In this document: piece after piece, positions 38,776 through 51,490 of the stretch
Layout: every line of letters begins with the position of its first letter
How positions within the stretch are numbered: the stretch's first letter is position 1
DNA from: Somniosus microcephalus
Taxonomy: Eukaryota
Assembly (NCBI GenBank): GCA_052327205.1
Contig: CM126207.1
Coordinates: forward strand, 209,436,001 to 209,500,000
DNA: 64,000 nt
Direction: 5' to 3'
Made by a program: the position numbers and the translations under genes
The notes under the pieces: generated by a model
Told to the model about the DNA's origin: nothing
What the model saw: the letters and a program-made list of their open reading frames with translations, nothing else
Database searches by the model: none

Positions 38776-38899
38776 TTAATCCTGAACTGGGATTTGATTA
38801 CAGAGTACTGCTCAGTGAGCTGAAAGGTGTACAATTCTCTTGCTTTCACAGGTTTTGGGACTTTTAGCTCTATTCTCATTAGAGTTGTTCATCGTGCAA

Positions 38900-39710
38900 G
38901 TGAAAGATATACAGCACCTACGCGGTTGCAAAAGTGAATATGGTGTTAGGATGCATAGCTAGGACAATTAAATATGAAACTACAAGTCCTATTCTTACCT
39001 TGTCTGGCCACATCTAGAATAGCGTACAGAGTTTTGGTCCCCTTACACTGCGAGAGATACCAACATCCTGGAAGAGGTTCAGAGGAGGGCTACTCGATTG
39101 ATTAAGGGCTCTTAGTCCCTAGTTAGTAGGACAGGTTTGAAAAGATGGGCTTTTTTAACCTTGAAAAAGCGTAGACTTCAAAGAGATATTTAAAATGATG
39201 AAGGAATTGGATTTTGTCAATGTGGATAGGTTACTTGAGCTTGATAGGCAGGGCAGAACTAGGGGGCACCAGCACAAGTTACGAAAGCATAGTTATGTTA
39301 GATGCCAGGAAGTTACTTCTACTCCAAAGAGAGTCATCGACCTCTGGAATAAGTGGCCAGTGCGTGCGATCAGTGTGGATCCGCTGCAACATTTTCAAAG
39401 TGGAGCTGGATAATTTCCTGTGAGTGGAAGACATCGAGTTATAGATGGTAGGTGGGTTGACAAGGGTAGAGTTACCAATCACTGCCGTCTCCTGGAGCTT
39501 GAATGAATGCCTGAGGCCGGGGGGCAGGGATGGGCAGTCAGAGAGAAACATCCCAGAGCTTTTCCCTCCTAAATTGGGCAAGGTTTTTTTTTGTGCCTCT
39601 CCCAAGGGATTGTGTGACTGGGGAAGAGAGGTTGCAGGTTGCACCATGTGTCAAAGGGCAGGCATGGTGGACCATCTGGGTCTTTTCCTGTCCTTTTTTT
39701 TGTATGTTCT
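38900..39710 (+). mobile_element. Old CR1 fragment with a long 3' UTR (related UTR copy at about 47003-47215, minus)
   Basis: RTRGH..KL and RVIDLWN remnants; UTR similarity between the two loci. Confidence 0.75.
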
Positions 39711-40035
39711 GCAAAGCTATTGTTCACTTGCTGATAAATAAATACAATTCTGTTGAAAAACAGCCCAACCAAGGAGTGGGCTGTTAATAAAAAGGGATGG
39801 AACTGAGCGAGTCCTCTGCAGTTGCGCAACAATTCTGAATGACACACTTCTTGTAAAAATCACAGCAGAACTTGTAGCAGATTGCAAGTGAAAGGGTTCA
39901 TTGTAATCAGATGAAAGTAGTCCTTTGATTATCTAATATTCGTACAAGTTCTTGCTGCGGACAAAGCATTTCCCGTACCATTAACACACTACAAAAGGCT
40001 AATCTCATCTGATTTTTAGACTAAGAAAGACTTAC

Positions 40036-40184
40036 TTCCAGATGACCTCTAGACTGAGTTTAATAGTTCCCAGGTCATTGATATCCACAGCGACAGACTG
40101 AGGCAGGGCTGCAAATAAATCTTTTGTTTCACAGGAGACGTTGCCAACTATGACGTGATTCGCCAGGCTTTTCAGCTCCGTTAC
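40036..40184 (-). CDS. RIPOR1: RIPOR1 exon, 149 bp ([24 protein letters not shown]...LEVIW)
   Basis: ttgcag|GTA, AA|gtaagt; phase 0/2. Confidence 0.96.
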
Positions 40185-40717
40185 CTGCAAGAATGAACCG
40201 ATTAACGTCTTGCTGCTTCACAGTTTTCCATAACAGTTCACATCTAGTCCAAAAATGCCATGCAATAATGCCAACCAAATTATGGATGAACCCATTCTGT
40301 GTTGTTGTTGTTGCTGCTTTAAGTGGTGTTTTGTGCACTGTGTTAAGACACAGACAACAGCACTGCAATGCAGAGTGTTTGAAGCTATAATGGACCAACC
40401 AGCATGACTCAACTTTTGCAGAAGCCCAGATTAAGATCTGCTCCTGAAATTTCTTCCCTCTCTAATCTCATTAGGGTTCCGCTTGCCTCTTTAAAAAAAG
40501 CTTTCTTCCCTGACCCTCTTTTGGGGGGGGGGGGGGGGGGGGGGGCGGGAATACACATTTACCTTTGGCCTGCCTTTCCAGGCTATTAGAGTCCATCAGA
40601 AAATGGGTAGCTTGACAACGAATCCGCAGATTCTGAGGTGCTGTTTAATTTTAAAGAGTTGCTAAGTTTACTAAAATTCAAGTTATCCAACATTTTGTTA
40701 CACTTTATATATCTTAT

Positions 40718-41110
40718 TGGCCCAGCTCCCCTGACAGACCAGTGAGTTTATCCGGTGAGTATCTGACATATAGGCCAGGAAGGTTCCAGGCTCAATTCTC
40801 AGTATGGGTTAAGTGATCTCAGCTAAAGTGACAGTACAAATACTACGGCTGGCCTCAATGCCCAGGGGGAGGGAGTGGGGGGGAGGATCCCCGTTTCTTT
40901 TACTATCCAGCTACCCTCTCCTGGTAAGTTAACCTGTGCAGACAGGATCGGGCTCAGCTACGATACCTCTGCAATCACTGCGACTCTCACCCTTAAGGCT
41001 CACACATGAAGAATGGGTACTTGGGTGAGGTACTGGCAAGTGATTAGTGTCTGTGGAAACGTACCCCAGGAACCGCGCCTCCAACAAGGAGTCAAAGCCT
41101 TCAATAGAGA
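40718..41110 (+). mobile_element. Old unclassified SINE-like repeat
   Basis: Degenerate homology with 42430-42752 plus 43222-43300, 57528-57815 and 37850-38080 (ggctcacacatgaa...tgaggt...gtggaa.c.tacccc). Confidence 0.6.
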
Positions 41111-42016
41111 AGCCTGCCATCACTAAACAGCCACGAGGAGATGTACAAAACACTGGGTGACTATCTCACTTTCTCCCCACCGAGTCCAGCTAAGCACAAG
41201 CTCAGCACAATGTTCATTTTGTGCAGCAGTTTTATCTCATTTCCATTTACACAGTGGTTAAAGTTTGACAACACGATTATGAACCCTGCACGTCACAAGC
41301 ACCTATACATTTTTTTTTATTTGAGCACTAACCCCCACTGCTGCATCTCTCTCTCTACATGGTGCAGGAAAAAACCATTACAATTATTGAGACCATTTTA
41401 AGGTCTGGTATGGAATTAAATGGGTTGGCTCGGGGCCAGTACAGTGTTACACAAAGAGCTGTGCGTAGGGCAGGAACATGCAGATAAACAACTGCAGCTC
41501 TCCATGTGGCAGGTTCAGCTGGATATTCAGAGGGAGGCAGTGCATGAGGCCTTGGAGGGGCAGGAGATTGCTCGAACGTTGTGAGAAACGTTGTAGCGGG
41601 GGAGAAGGGTGGAAACAGAAAAGAAGAAATTTTATATTGCAGTCTTTGTTTACACTTCAGTTTTTGCTTAAAAGGATTTTATTTTCATTACGGCCAACAT
41701 TAATGGTCACAGGCTTGAGTTTTGGCCCCAGGATTCAGCTTTTTAGTTTGGCAGTCTCTGGCAAAAAAGGCTGCAGAGTCACTTCTTCCATTAATTAATT
41801 TGTGAGAGCTCATCAGCGCAGACTGACCTCCTGCTGGAGAACTTTCTCTTCGTAAACAGGAACATGTCAAGTAAACAAAGTTATGTCGAGTGTCTCCTTG
41901 CATCATCTGAGAGCACTGCACTCAGCCACTCTCTCCAAACATTTTATTCGATGAATCTTAATAAGTGAAAGGTGGCAAATCAATGTTGCTCTTTAGAGTT
42001 GGCCTGAGATCCTTAC

Positions 42017-42142
42017 CTTGATTGAGAGGAACTCTGTAACAAGAGGCTGGAAGACCATTTCCTCACCGTCCCATACTTGCTTCCCATTAGCTTCAATGCG
42101 ACCTTTCAACTTCCACCGCTGACGACCGTATTTCATAAATAT
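42017..42142 (-). CDS. RIPOR1: RIPOR1 exon, 126 bp ([25 protein letters not shown]...FLSIK)
   Basis: taacag|ATA, AAG|gtaagg; phase 0/0; translated by hand, not in the ORF track. Confidence 0.96.
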
Positions 42143-42754
42143 CTGTTAGGATAAATCATAAAATCGTTCTAAGTGCATTCATCCCTCTACTCCCTCTCAG
42201 ATCAAAATATACATCAAGGCTGTATGGTTAGACAGCAACATATGGATGTTTCTACAGGAGAAATACTAAGACATCAGTTACTCACAATCTTTCACTAACT
42301 AAATTTTACAGCTTTCAATCATTTATATTAAAGTGTTCCATTACTAAACAGCTCCTGTTTTCATAGTTGCTCTGAATAAAAACGTAAACTTTGCTGTATT
42401 GTTCTTTCAAGTAAACTCCCCAATGACTCCACAAGTTTATCCAGTGGAGGAGCCAAGCCAAACAGACGAGAAGGTCCCATGTTTGATTCCAAGTTTATGC
42501 TGAGGTAGCGGATCTTATTGGAAGCAGTGCTACAACTAACCTCGCCACCTGGGTTAAAAAGGGAAGGGGAAAAATAGGCTGGGAGCCTGACTCCCGATCA
42601 CTGCCTGGTGCCCCTCCGCTGTAAGTGAATGAGTGTGTGGACAATGGTCGAGGACAGGATCAGGCATAGATGTGATGCTTCCGGTGATCAAACAGCCTGC
42701 CAAAGCTCGCTGCTGTAGCTCACACGTGAATAATGGTCCCTTGGTTGAGGTGGA

Positions 42755-43221
42755 GAAAGAAAGATTTGCATTTATGTAGCGCCTTTCACGACCACGGGAT
42801 GTCCCAAAGCACTTTACAGCCAATGAAGTACTTTTTGAAGTGTAGTCACTGTTGTAATGTAGGAAATGTGGCAGCCAATTTGTGCACAGCAAGCTCCCAC
42901 AAACAGCAATATGATAATGACCAGATACTCTGTTTTAGTGATGTTGGTCGAAGGATAAATATTGGCCAGAATACCAGGGATAATTCCTCCGCTCTTCTTT
43001 GAAATAGTGCCATGGGATCTTTTATGTCCACCTGAGAGGACACACGGGGCCTCAGTTTAATGCCTCATCCGAAAGACAGCATCTTTGACAGTGCAGCACT
43101 CCCTCAGCACTGCACTGGAGTGTAAGCCTAGATTTTTGTGCTCAAGTCTCTGGAGTGGGACTTGAACTCCCAATCTTCTGACTCAGAGGCGAGTGTGCTA
43201 CCCACTGAGTCACAGCTGACA
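42755..43221 (-). mobile_element. Full-length Deu-domain SINE nested in the older SINE-like repeat
   Basis: Complete head, core and tail; host repeat resumes on both sides. Confidence 0.88.
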
Positions 43222-43659
43222 CTTGAGTGCTAGTGGGTGACCAGTGGAACCATACCCCAAGCAAGCAGTCAACATCTTCAGGAGAGATGGGGAGAAGCAG
43301 AGGAGGGAAGGAGGAAAGATGTTCTGTGATGAAGAAAAATTGCTACCATTAATTAAGGCTCCGGGAGTCAGGAAGTTAGAGAACTGAATGTGAAAGCAGA
43401 AGCCCCATTTTGATTGCCAGAAACTACAGGAGGATTGCAGGACATGTTAATCTTAAAACGTTATAAAGGATGAAGAACTTTCACTAATTCACCACCCACG
43501 TAATGATTTTTTTCTACACCTTGCAAATAGTGTTTAATAACGTATCATCTCAGAATGGGCAACACTTTGCTTAATGTGGTTAGAGGAAAGAATTTGAACC
43601 TTTGAGGTTTGCTTGGATAAAAAAAAACTTCTCATAAGCGGTTTAAAATTTTTCCTCAC

Positions 43660-43703
43660 CTCATACTGATCTCCTGGGCAGAGGCGTGCAAATCCCGCAA
43701 GCC
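43660..43703 (-). CDS. RIPOR1: RIPOR1 exon, 44 bp (G-LAGFARLCPGDQYE)
   Basis: tttcag|GG, GAG|gtgagg; conserved FAM65 motif. Confidence 0.95.
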
Positions 43704-44147
43704 CTGAAACAAGACACGAGAACTTTATTAGAAGCACATGCATAAAAAACTAGCACAGAGGAAAGAAAGCTATGAGTTCTACAGCACCAATCGCAGCCAC
43801 TAAACCATTACTGTATGAACAAGGTGGCTGCAGAAGGTACAGGTTATTAGGTACTAAAAGGAAGGCTGGATTATAATATGGGGGAAATACTCAACGTCAA
43901 GATCCATTTGACACTTTAGCTGAGTGATGCCCCTTCTACCACCGAACTTTGGAAGACTACTAGAGAATCCTCAAACAGATTCCCATGTGCGAGTGTTCCC
44001 TCTGTTCATACTTCTGTTTGAGAACAGCAGTACAATCATTTCCAATTTTTTTTCAGACCATATTGTGCAAGATTTTTGAATGGGAAATAAAATGCAATAA
44101 TCCCTTTTTTTTTTTTAAAAAGACACCAAAAGTAAGGAGGGGTGTCA

Positions 44148-45410
44148 GAGTCATAACGGCACAGAAGGAGGCCATTTGGCCCATCGAGTCCGTGCCGGCT
44201 CTCTGTAGAGCAATTCAGTCAGTCCCATTCCCCCGCTCTATCCCCGTGGCCTTGCAAGTTTATTTCCCTCAAGTGCCTATCCAATCTCCCCTTGAAAACA
44301 TTATGGCCTAGAAATTCAGTTAGGCCCCGCCAGCAGGCTAACGCCCAAAAGTTAGCGCTGCGCGCGGAGCCCGTTGCGACCGCCAGAAATTCACTTTTAG
44401 CGCCCCAATTCGGAACCGGGCGCTGTTCCAGGGTGTGCCCACCTCCGCTTGGGGCGCTGAAAGTGAATTTCAGCGCTCCAGCTGCCGCTGCGCCACCCGA
44501 TGCGGTGCGGCAGGCTGGGGTACTGCAGGCCTCCTCCTTCTCTTAAGGAGGAGCTGCCGGCAGCCGTGAGATCGCCGCTGGATTCTGGCAGCAAATGAGC
44601 CCAGCACCACGGAGAAGTGCCGGACTCACGGGAATCAGCCACCAATGCCGCGGGGGGGTGGTGGTGGAGGCCGGGGAAGGAGGTGCGGGCAGGCGGCCGC
44701 CGAAAAAGCAGCCGGCCGCACCTCCACCTTAAAGCGCCCCAGTAGCGCAGCAGTACGGCCCCGTTTCACGAACGTTGTTTGCGGCCGCTGCAGAAGAGGC
44801 GGCCGCAACTAAATATGGGGTTTGGGCCGGAAGCGGGGCGGTACCGGGGCACTGCGCACACCGATGACGTCATCGGTGTCGGCGCAGTGCTACCGGCTAC
44901 CGCCGCCATTACCGCAGCGCTGAATATCAGCGCAACCTCTTATACTGGCGCAGAAACCCTCTTTAGGCGCCAACTGGGCGCAAAGCTTGCAGCGCCCAAC
45001 TGAATTTCTAGGCCTAAGTGTCTCCGCTTCGACCACTTCCGTCAGCAGCAAGTTCCAGGTCCTCGCCACTCGCTGCGTAAGAGAGTTTTTCCTCACATCC
45101 CCCCGTATCTCTTGCCCAAAACCTTAAATCTATGTCCCCTAGTCCTTCTACCGTCAACTAATGGGAACAGCCTTTCCCCGTCTAGCCTATCCAAACCCGT
45201 CATAATCTTGTACACCTCTATCAAATCACCCCTCAACCTCCTTTGCTCTAATGAAAACAAATCCAGCTTCTCCAACCTGTCCTTGTAGCGAAGATCCTCC
45301 ATCCCCGGAACCATTCTGGTAAATCTCCTCTGCACCCCCTCAAGGGCCTTCACATCCTATCTAAAGTGTGGTGACCAGAACGGGACGCAATACTCCAGTT
45401 GTGGCCTAAC
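44148..45410 (-). mobile_element. CR1 3' fragment split by a MITE
   Basis: ORF 45093..45353: LEGVQRRFTRMVPG...RRLRGDLIEVYKIM; tail at 44148-44304. Confidence 0.88.
44305..45014. mobile_element. GC/CpG-rich PIF/Harbinger-like MITE, 710 bp
   Basis: Perfect 17-bp TIR GGCCTAGAAATTCAGTT; flanks TAT / TAA; cleanly interrupts the CR1. Confidence 0.88.
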
Positions 45411-45419
45411 ATCATGAGG

Positions 45420-46355
45420 AATTTATTAGAAGGAACAAAATGTTAAATTTGAATCGTTGGGAGATCGGGGAGTTAATGTAGGGCAGCAGGATGGGGTAAT
45501 GGATGAGCAGGACAGGATACAGACAGCAGAACTTTGGACGAACTGAAGTTTAGAGAGCGAGGCGGATGATAGGCCAGTCAGGAGAGTATTGACGTAATTA
45601 AGTCTGGAGGTAAGAAAAGCAAGAATGAGGGCTCTAGCGGCAGATGGGCTGTGATGGGGATAAAGGTGGGCGACGTCACAGAGGTGGTCTTTGTGATGGA
45701 GAGGATATGGTGTTGGAAACTTAGCTCAGGATTGAATAGGACACTGACGATGTAAACTGCCTGGTTCAGGCCGAGACAGTGGCCAGGGAAGGGGACGGAG
45801 TTGGGAGCGAGAGTATGGAGATCGTGGCGGGGGCAAAGACGATAGTTTTGGCCTTGCTAACATTTAGCTGGAGGAAATTAGGACTCATCCGAGACTGGAT
45901 GACGGACAAGCAGTCTGATAGCACAAAGACAGTGGAAGGGTCAAGAGGTGGGTGTCATCAGTGCACATGTGGAAGCTGAACCCCTATATGTGAATGATAT
46001 CTCAGCATGTAGATGGGGGGGGGGGGGGGGGGAAGAGGCTGCCGTTTCTGTGCTGCCGGAGGGGTAGCAACCTAACTGGATACATTCAAAGGTGGAGTTG
46101 CAGGAAAGATGGGCACAGATCTGGGAGGTGACAATACATTCAAAGACCTTGAAGAAGAAAGGGAGTTTAGAGATGGAGTGGCAGTTAGCGAGGGTAGATT
46201 TTTTTTTTTTTTTTTAGCAACGTGGGTGATGATGGTGGTTTTGAAAGGAAAGTGGGTAGTGCCTGAGGGGGAAGAAACTATTTACAATCTTGGCCGTCAT
46301 GGGAGCCAGGAAAGGACGTTGGATGGTCAGCAGTTTAGTGGGAATGGGTTCCAGG
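45420..46355 (-). mobile_element. Old, internally deleted L2 fragment
   Basis: Degenerate collinearity with about 1340-2700. Confidence 0.75.
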
Positions 46356-46416
46356 AACCTTATAATAACCAGAGTACCTCCAGACTCAAAAAGGAGAACA
46401 CTTCAAAATACACATA

Positions 46417-46945
46417 CATAGGAACATAGGAACATGAGTAGGCCATTTCGCCCCGGGAGCCTGTTGCACCATTCAATGAGATCATGGCTGATCTGCGACT
46501 TAACTTCATATCCCTTAATATCTTTGGTTAATAAAAATCTATCAATCTCAGGTTTAAAATTAACAATTGTCCCAGCATCAACTGCCATTTGGGGAAGAAA
46601 GTTCCAAACTTCTACCACCCTTTCCATACAGAGGGGTTTCCTAATTTCACTCCCGAAAGACCTGGCTCTAATTTTTAGGCTATGTCCTCTAGTCCTAGAC
46701 TCCTCTATCAGAGTAAATAATTTCTCTCTCTCTACCCTATCTGTCCCCCTCAATATCTTGAAAACTTCAATCAAATCACCCCTTAACCATCTGAATTCCA
46801 GGGATTACAATCCTAGTGTGTGTAATCTCTCCTCGTAATTTAACCCTTGGAGTCCGGGTATCATTCTGGTAAATCTATGCTGCACTCGGTCAATATATCC
46901 TTCCCAAGGTGTGGTGCCCAGAACGTCAAACCACCAGGTCTAATG
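46417..46945 (-). mobile_element. CR1 3' fragment
   Basis: ORF 46403..46774: IEVFKILRGTDRVEREKLF...; same subfamily as 22721. Confidence 0.9.
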
Positions 46946-48864
46946 GAAACTTTAAATAAAAATCTTATTATAAAAAGGTCTTTGCCTTGGTGCACTTACA
47001 AACATACAAAAATGACGGGCAGGAAAAGGCCAGCTGGTCTAACAAGCCTGCCTCACACTCATGATGCTTGGAGCATCACGACTAGACACTTCACAGCAGC
47101 CATGTAATCTTCTGGGAGAGGCAAAACAAACTCAGGGTCAAAAAGGGAGAAAAAAATCTGGAAAAGACCTCTCCGACCTCCTCAGGCGATCGGAACCAGT
47201 CCAGGAGACCACATTGTGTGCTAAAGTTAACTTCCTGACCTACACTTCACCATGGAAGGGTCTTTTTGTTGGACTGACCAAACATGAAGGTACCAACAGT
47301 TGTATTAATGATGGGCTTTTTTTCCTGACATTGCTTTCGTAACTGCTCACCAGTTAGTGGCAGTCAAAGATACAACACAGGCATCCTCAGCAATTTGACG
47401 AGCTTGAAAGTTAGCCAATATTCAAAGCAAATTATTCTTCTATAATTTGCATTTAGTTATGAGCCCTAAACTAAATGCTTACACTCAGTTTTCCATCGTG
47501 ATCTCATTAGCTGCCAGCTCTCTGCAGACAGATTCTGAAAGGATATCTGGTTGCCAGCAGTTATATATTCACAGTTGCTGATGAGGCATGCAAACATATT
47601 CCTCAGTTCAATTCTTTGTGCTAACACCCACAATGGATCGTTTCAAGTACGCAGCCCTTTTCAAGACTATTCCAGCTCAAAATAAGCCAATTGTAAACAG
47701 AATTCCACAGCAGCTTTAAGACTCTCTTTTCTTGGATAATTTTACTCAGTAAATACACATTCACAAAAGTAGTGAAAAACCAACAAGCAGCTATCTACAG
47801 TTCACACAGGGTTTGCTGAAGGACACCAAAACATGAACAGGAGAGAACACGGCTCTTTGAGCCACGGTTAGCTGAAGAGTTGAATGCAGCATAAATAAGC
47901 GGTGGCATGAGCTATGTGATTAATCAGGAACTGATTACTTAAAACTGTAATCAATATTACTTAAATACTCCATTAATGGAGCGGTCACTAAACTATCTCT
48001 TTAGAAATGATTGAGCGCTCCCTGCATATTTAATCAGGCTGCTCAAAGCCGGCATCATTGTTTGGCATTACCCTATTGTGGGCTCCGCGACATCGTGGCT
48101 TTCTTTATTGTCTGACAATGCTTGAAAGAACTCTGTTCAACGCAAGTTATCGAAAAGTGTCCATTCCATGTGTTTTACATTTGGAGAATACCACAAAGCT
48201 GGGAGGTTTTGTTGAAAGCACAGAAGGTAAAATGCAGTCGTGTCAGAAGACAGCTTATTAAAATCATAGCAAGAGCTAGAAATTCTCATTCTCTCCAGCT
48301 TTCCCTTCTCGCTCACCCAAATACAACATGTACCATCTGCGATCCCCCACCCCAATACAACATACTGCAGTCCTGATCCTCTCCCCCAACAAGAACAATT
48401 GTTGATGTCACTCTCCCTCCCCTACTGCCCCCATCATATCAACACACACACACATTGACCATAAGGGCTGCCAGGGCTCTTGTATTGGAGGAGTAGGTGG
48501 ATAAAGGGAACCTGGGTTGACGCTCCTTTAGATTGCTCCGCCTTGTAGGAAAGCACCTGTATTACTCAAGAGTCTCTTTACTCCATACCAGCCAAGCAGC
48601 CTAACAAGTGATCATCTAGGGCAATGGATGGCAACCTATGCATCATTAGCTCTAAAGTGCAGCACACTGCGGCATCGGCGTGCTTCCAAACGAGCTGTCG
48701 TGGTTACTAACACAAAATTTTTATTTATTTATTTTTTTATTAAAAAAGATCAATAAATCACTACAGAAGCTCTTCATTACATTCGCTATCCGTCCTCCAT
48801 TTGTGCAGCACTGTAGATGTGCTTTATAGTGAACCAGTGGGTTACATTTTTAAATCAACTTAAT

Positions 48865-49541
48865 GGCCTGGATTTTATGGGGTCTATGACAGCGTACGCA
48901 CAACATACGCGGTCGTAAGTGCCCCGCAAGTTCTGGGTTTCCGCATGCTCGAAAACCCGGAACTGGCGATCTGTTAAGATTCAGCTTGACAGATCATCCG
49001 CATGCGCAGGAAATAGCCCAACTCTGCACCAGGGAATGCCCATGAAACTCTTGTATCTGGTAAAAGCAGGCGTAGGGCCTTCTTTTACCAGCTTAAGGGT
49101 TTAAATAAATTTATAACATTTATTTAGATCATTTAAACATTCAAAAATCTTTTAAATTATTTTAGGTTATTTTTGGCCCCTTTAAAAATGTTTAAATTTA
49201 TTTTTCAAAAAATTAAATGTGTCTTAAATGTTTAATTAAATTGTATTTTTATTTAGCTTGTGTGAAAGTGTGTTTTTTAATGTCATTCCTTATGGGGATT
49301 CCGTACGTAAATGAAATGCCCATAAGCATAATGGGGATCCCCCTTTGTGATTGGTTGGGCTGATCCACATGATCCCAGGGACGCTTGCAAACCACATGCG
49401 CCCCGGGATACGTGGGCCTTTACGCCTGCAGACCCAGGAGCGCAAGAGTCCGAAGATACGGAGGCACTGGGTAGTTGCGTACTTTTCTTGCGGATCGGAG
49501 GCATTCACCCTCGGGAAGCCTCCGACCGCAATTTCAGGTCC
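48865..49541. mobile_element. Probable Harbinger-like MITE, CpG-rich ends with an AT-rich centre
   Basis: Imperfect TIR GGCCTGGATTTT / GGACCTGAAATT; architecture like the element at 11639; TSD not clean. Confidence 0.5.
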
Positions 49542-51198
49542 ATTAGTTACAAAATGATGGGAAATAGTAGCTCTGTGGAAGCATTCTGAATTGGCCATCG
49601 GCAGCCATTATTTATTTTTATCCTTTTTAATGCAAAGCCTACTTCCATCCAAGGATTGTAAATCTGCTTGACCCCAGTTACATGTTCTACAGTCCAAATG
49701 GCATTTGCGTAAATCACGAGGCCTTTCCTGCTCAAATGAACATCGATTATTGCATTTCCAGCTCTGCAACAAGTCATGCTACAGAGGCAGGAGTGTTGAC
49801 GGAGGGCAAAATTTCACAGCATCAACAATGCCCGTGAGGCTGGGAGCTCTGCCATGAACCCAGACCCTTAATTATGGGCTGATCTACTGCCTTTGATGAG
49901 TGGAAATAAATGGTGATTTAGAAAAAAATATTTCTGTAAAAATCTTGCACTGCTGAACTTAATTTCAAAAACATGAGGCCTGGCTGAAAGCATTGCTCCA
50001 CTTCCTGCTGTGTCAGCCTCCTCACTAACGTAGTCTCTTGTGAATCCCGTCTCTACTGATCTGTAGCAGATGTTTCCTTGATATCACACAAAATCCTCCC
50101 CAAAAAAGTTGAGGATGTTCTCATGCCCTAAAGTAACTCTCCCAAGGCAACATAGCCTTAGTTTAACTAAAAAAAAATCCAATATATTCTTATGTAAATC
50201 CATGAAAAATAAATTATGATTTAGTACCAATTTGAGCTCAATTAAAATAAACTTAGCAACTATATATAAACAAATCTGTCCAATTTGCTGACGTCATTAC
50301 AATGAGGTCACACATCTTTTCCAAGTTTTCTGAAGATAACTACACTGTTCAAAAAGGACAAAGCTCTCTCTAAACTGGACCGTTGGTCAGCCTTGTTGGA
50401 ATTTTTAGAGATGGCTGCCGATAGCCTCTGTAACGGAAGACAGGTTTCAGTTCCCTAATGTGCCAGCAGTTCTATCCTGCCACAGTCTGACTTTCAATTG
50501 GGCAAAAGGCAGCAGTCCTATTCACAAGACATCAATGGTGACATGACCTAACTTTGGTCTCTTGTACAAAGTTACAATCACCACTCTGAGCCTGGTTGGT
50601 CAGGTTTAAAATTAGAGTTGTTTGCATCAAAACAGATTTGTAAAACTGCCAGTTACGAGAATGGAAAGTTCTGTGTCATGTTCATCAAAAGTTTTAGAAC
50701 TGACAAGAACCCAAACTTAGCAATTGTTAATTTTAATAAGCAGTGATTGGTATCAGCTGGTTGGTTGAACAAATTGATTCAGCACAAAACAAACAGATAA
50801 TGTTCACAATTTGTATTTCAAATCATCACTAATTCGATGTACAGCACCTCAATTGAGAGGTCCCAGGAGTCTACTGACTTGATGAATTTTACAATCACAA
50901 CACTATGTGACTATCAAGGCATATCAGTACCTGGATTTTTAAAAAATCTCAACGTGATTGCCATTCTGTGGATGTGTATTACTGCACTGACAAGGCTGTG
51001 ACAAATACAAAGCCTACTTATACTGCACGACTAAATGCTGTTAGACAACTCAAATGCAAATACATCAATTTCATTTCACAATGAAAATCTCTCCCTTAGT
51101 GTAAAGCCACTCCATACCATACATGGAAACAAGTACAAGGCATATAAAGATGATGCCAGGCTGGATTTGGTTGACTAAGCTTCCTTCTTTACACGGTA

Positions 51199-51468
51199 AT
51201 CATCTTCTTAGGCATTCCGTCGGAACCGAGGATGACTTGCTTCCACATTAAAAATGAGTTCTCAGGTGACTGATGAGTCCAATGCGGGACCTAGAGTCTC
51301 TGTCACAGGTGGGGCAGACGGCGGTTGGTGGGGCAGACGGTGGTTGAAGGGGTGGGTGGGTGGGTGGGGTGCTTGGGTTGATGTGCGCTCCTTGCGCTTG
51401 GCTACCGCTTGCTCCCGGCGAAGAGACTCGAAGTGCGCAGTGCCTTCCCGGATGCTTCCGGGAAGGCG
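51199..51468 (-). mobile_element. RTE-clade LINE 3' end
   Basis: IREGTAHFE.LRR...AKRKER and CPTCDR.SRSRIGLISHLRTHF C-terminal remnants; short tail. Confidence 0.8.
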
Positions 51469-51490
51469 CTGAACTCGGTAATGCACACTG

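Noticed and set aside
22676-46032. Scattered long G/C homopolymers (e.g. near 22676, 30487, 32523, 36484, 40523, 46016)
   Set aside because: No shared flanking context, and run lengths are unreliable in assemblies.
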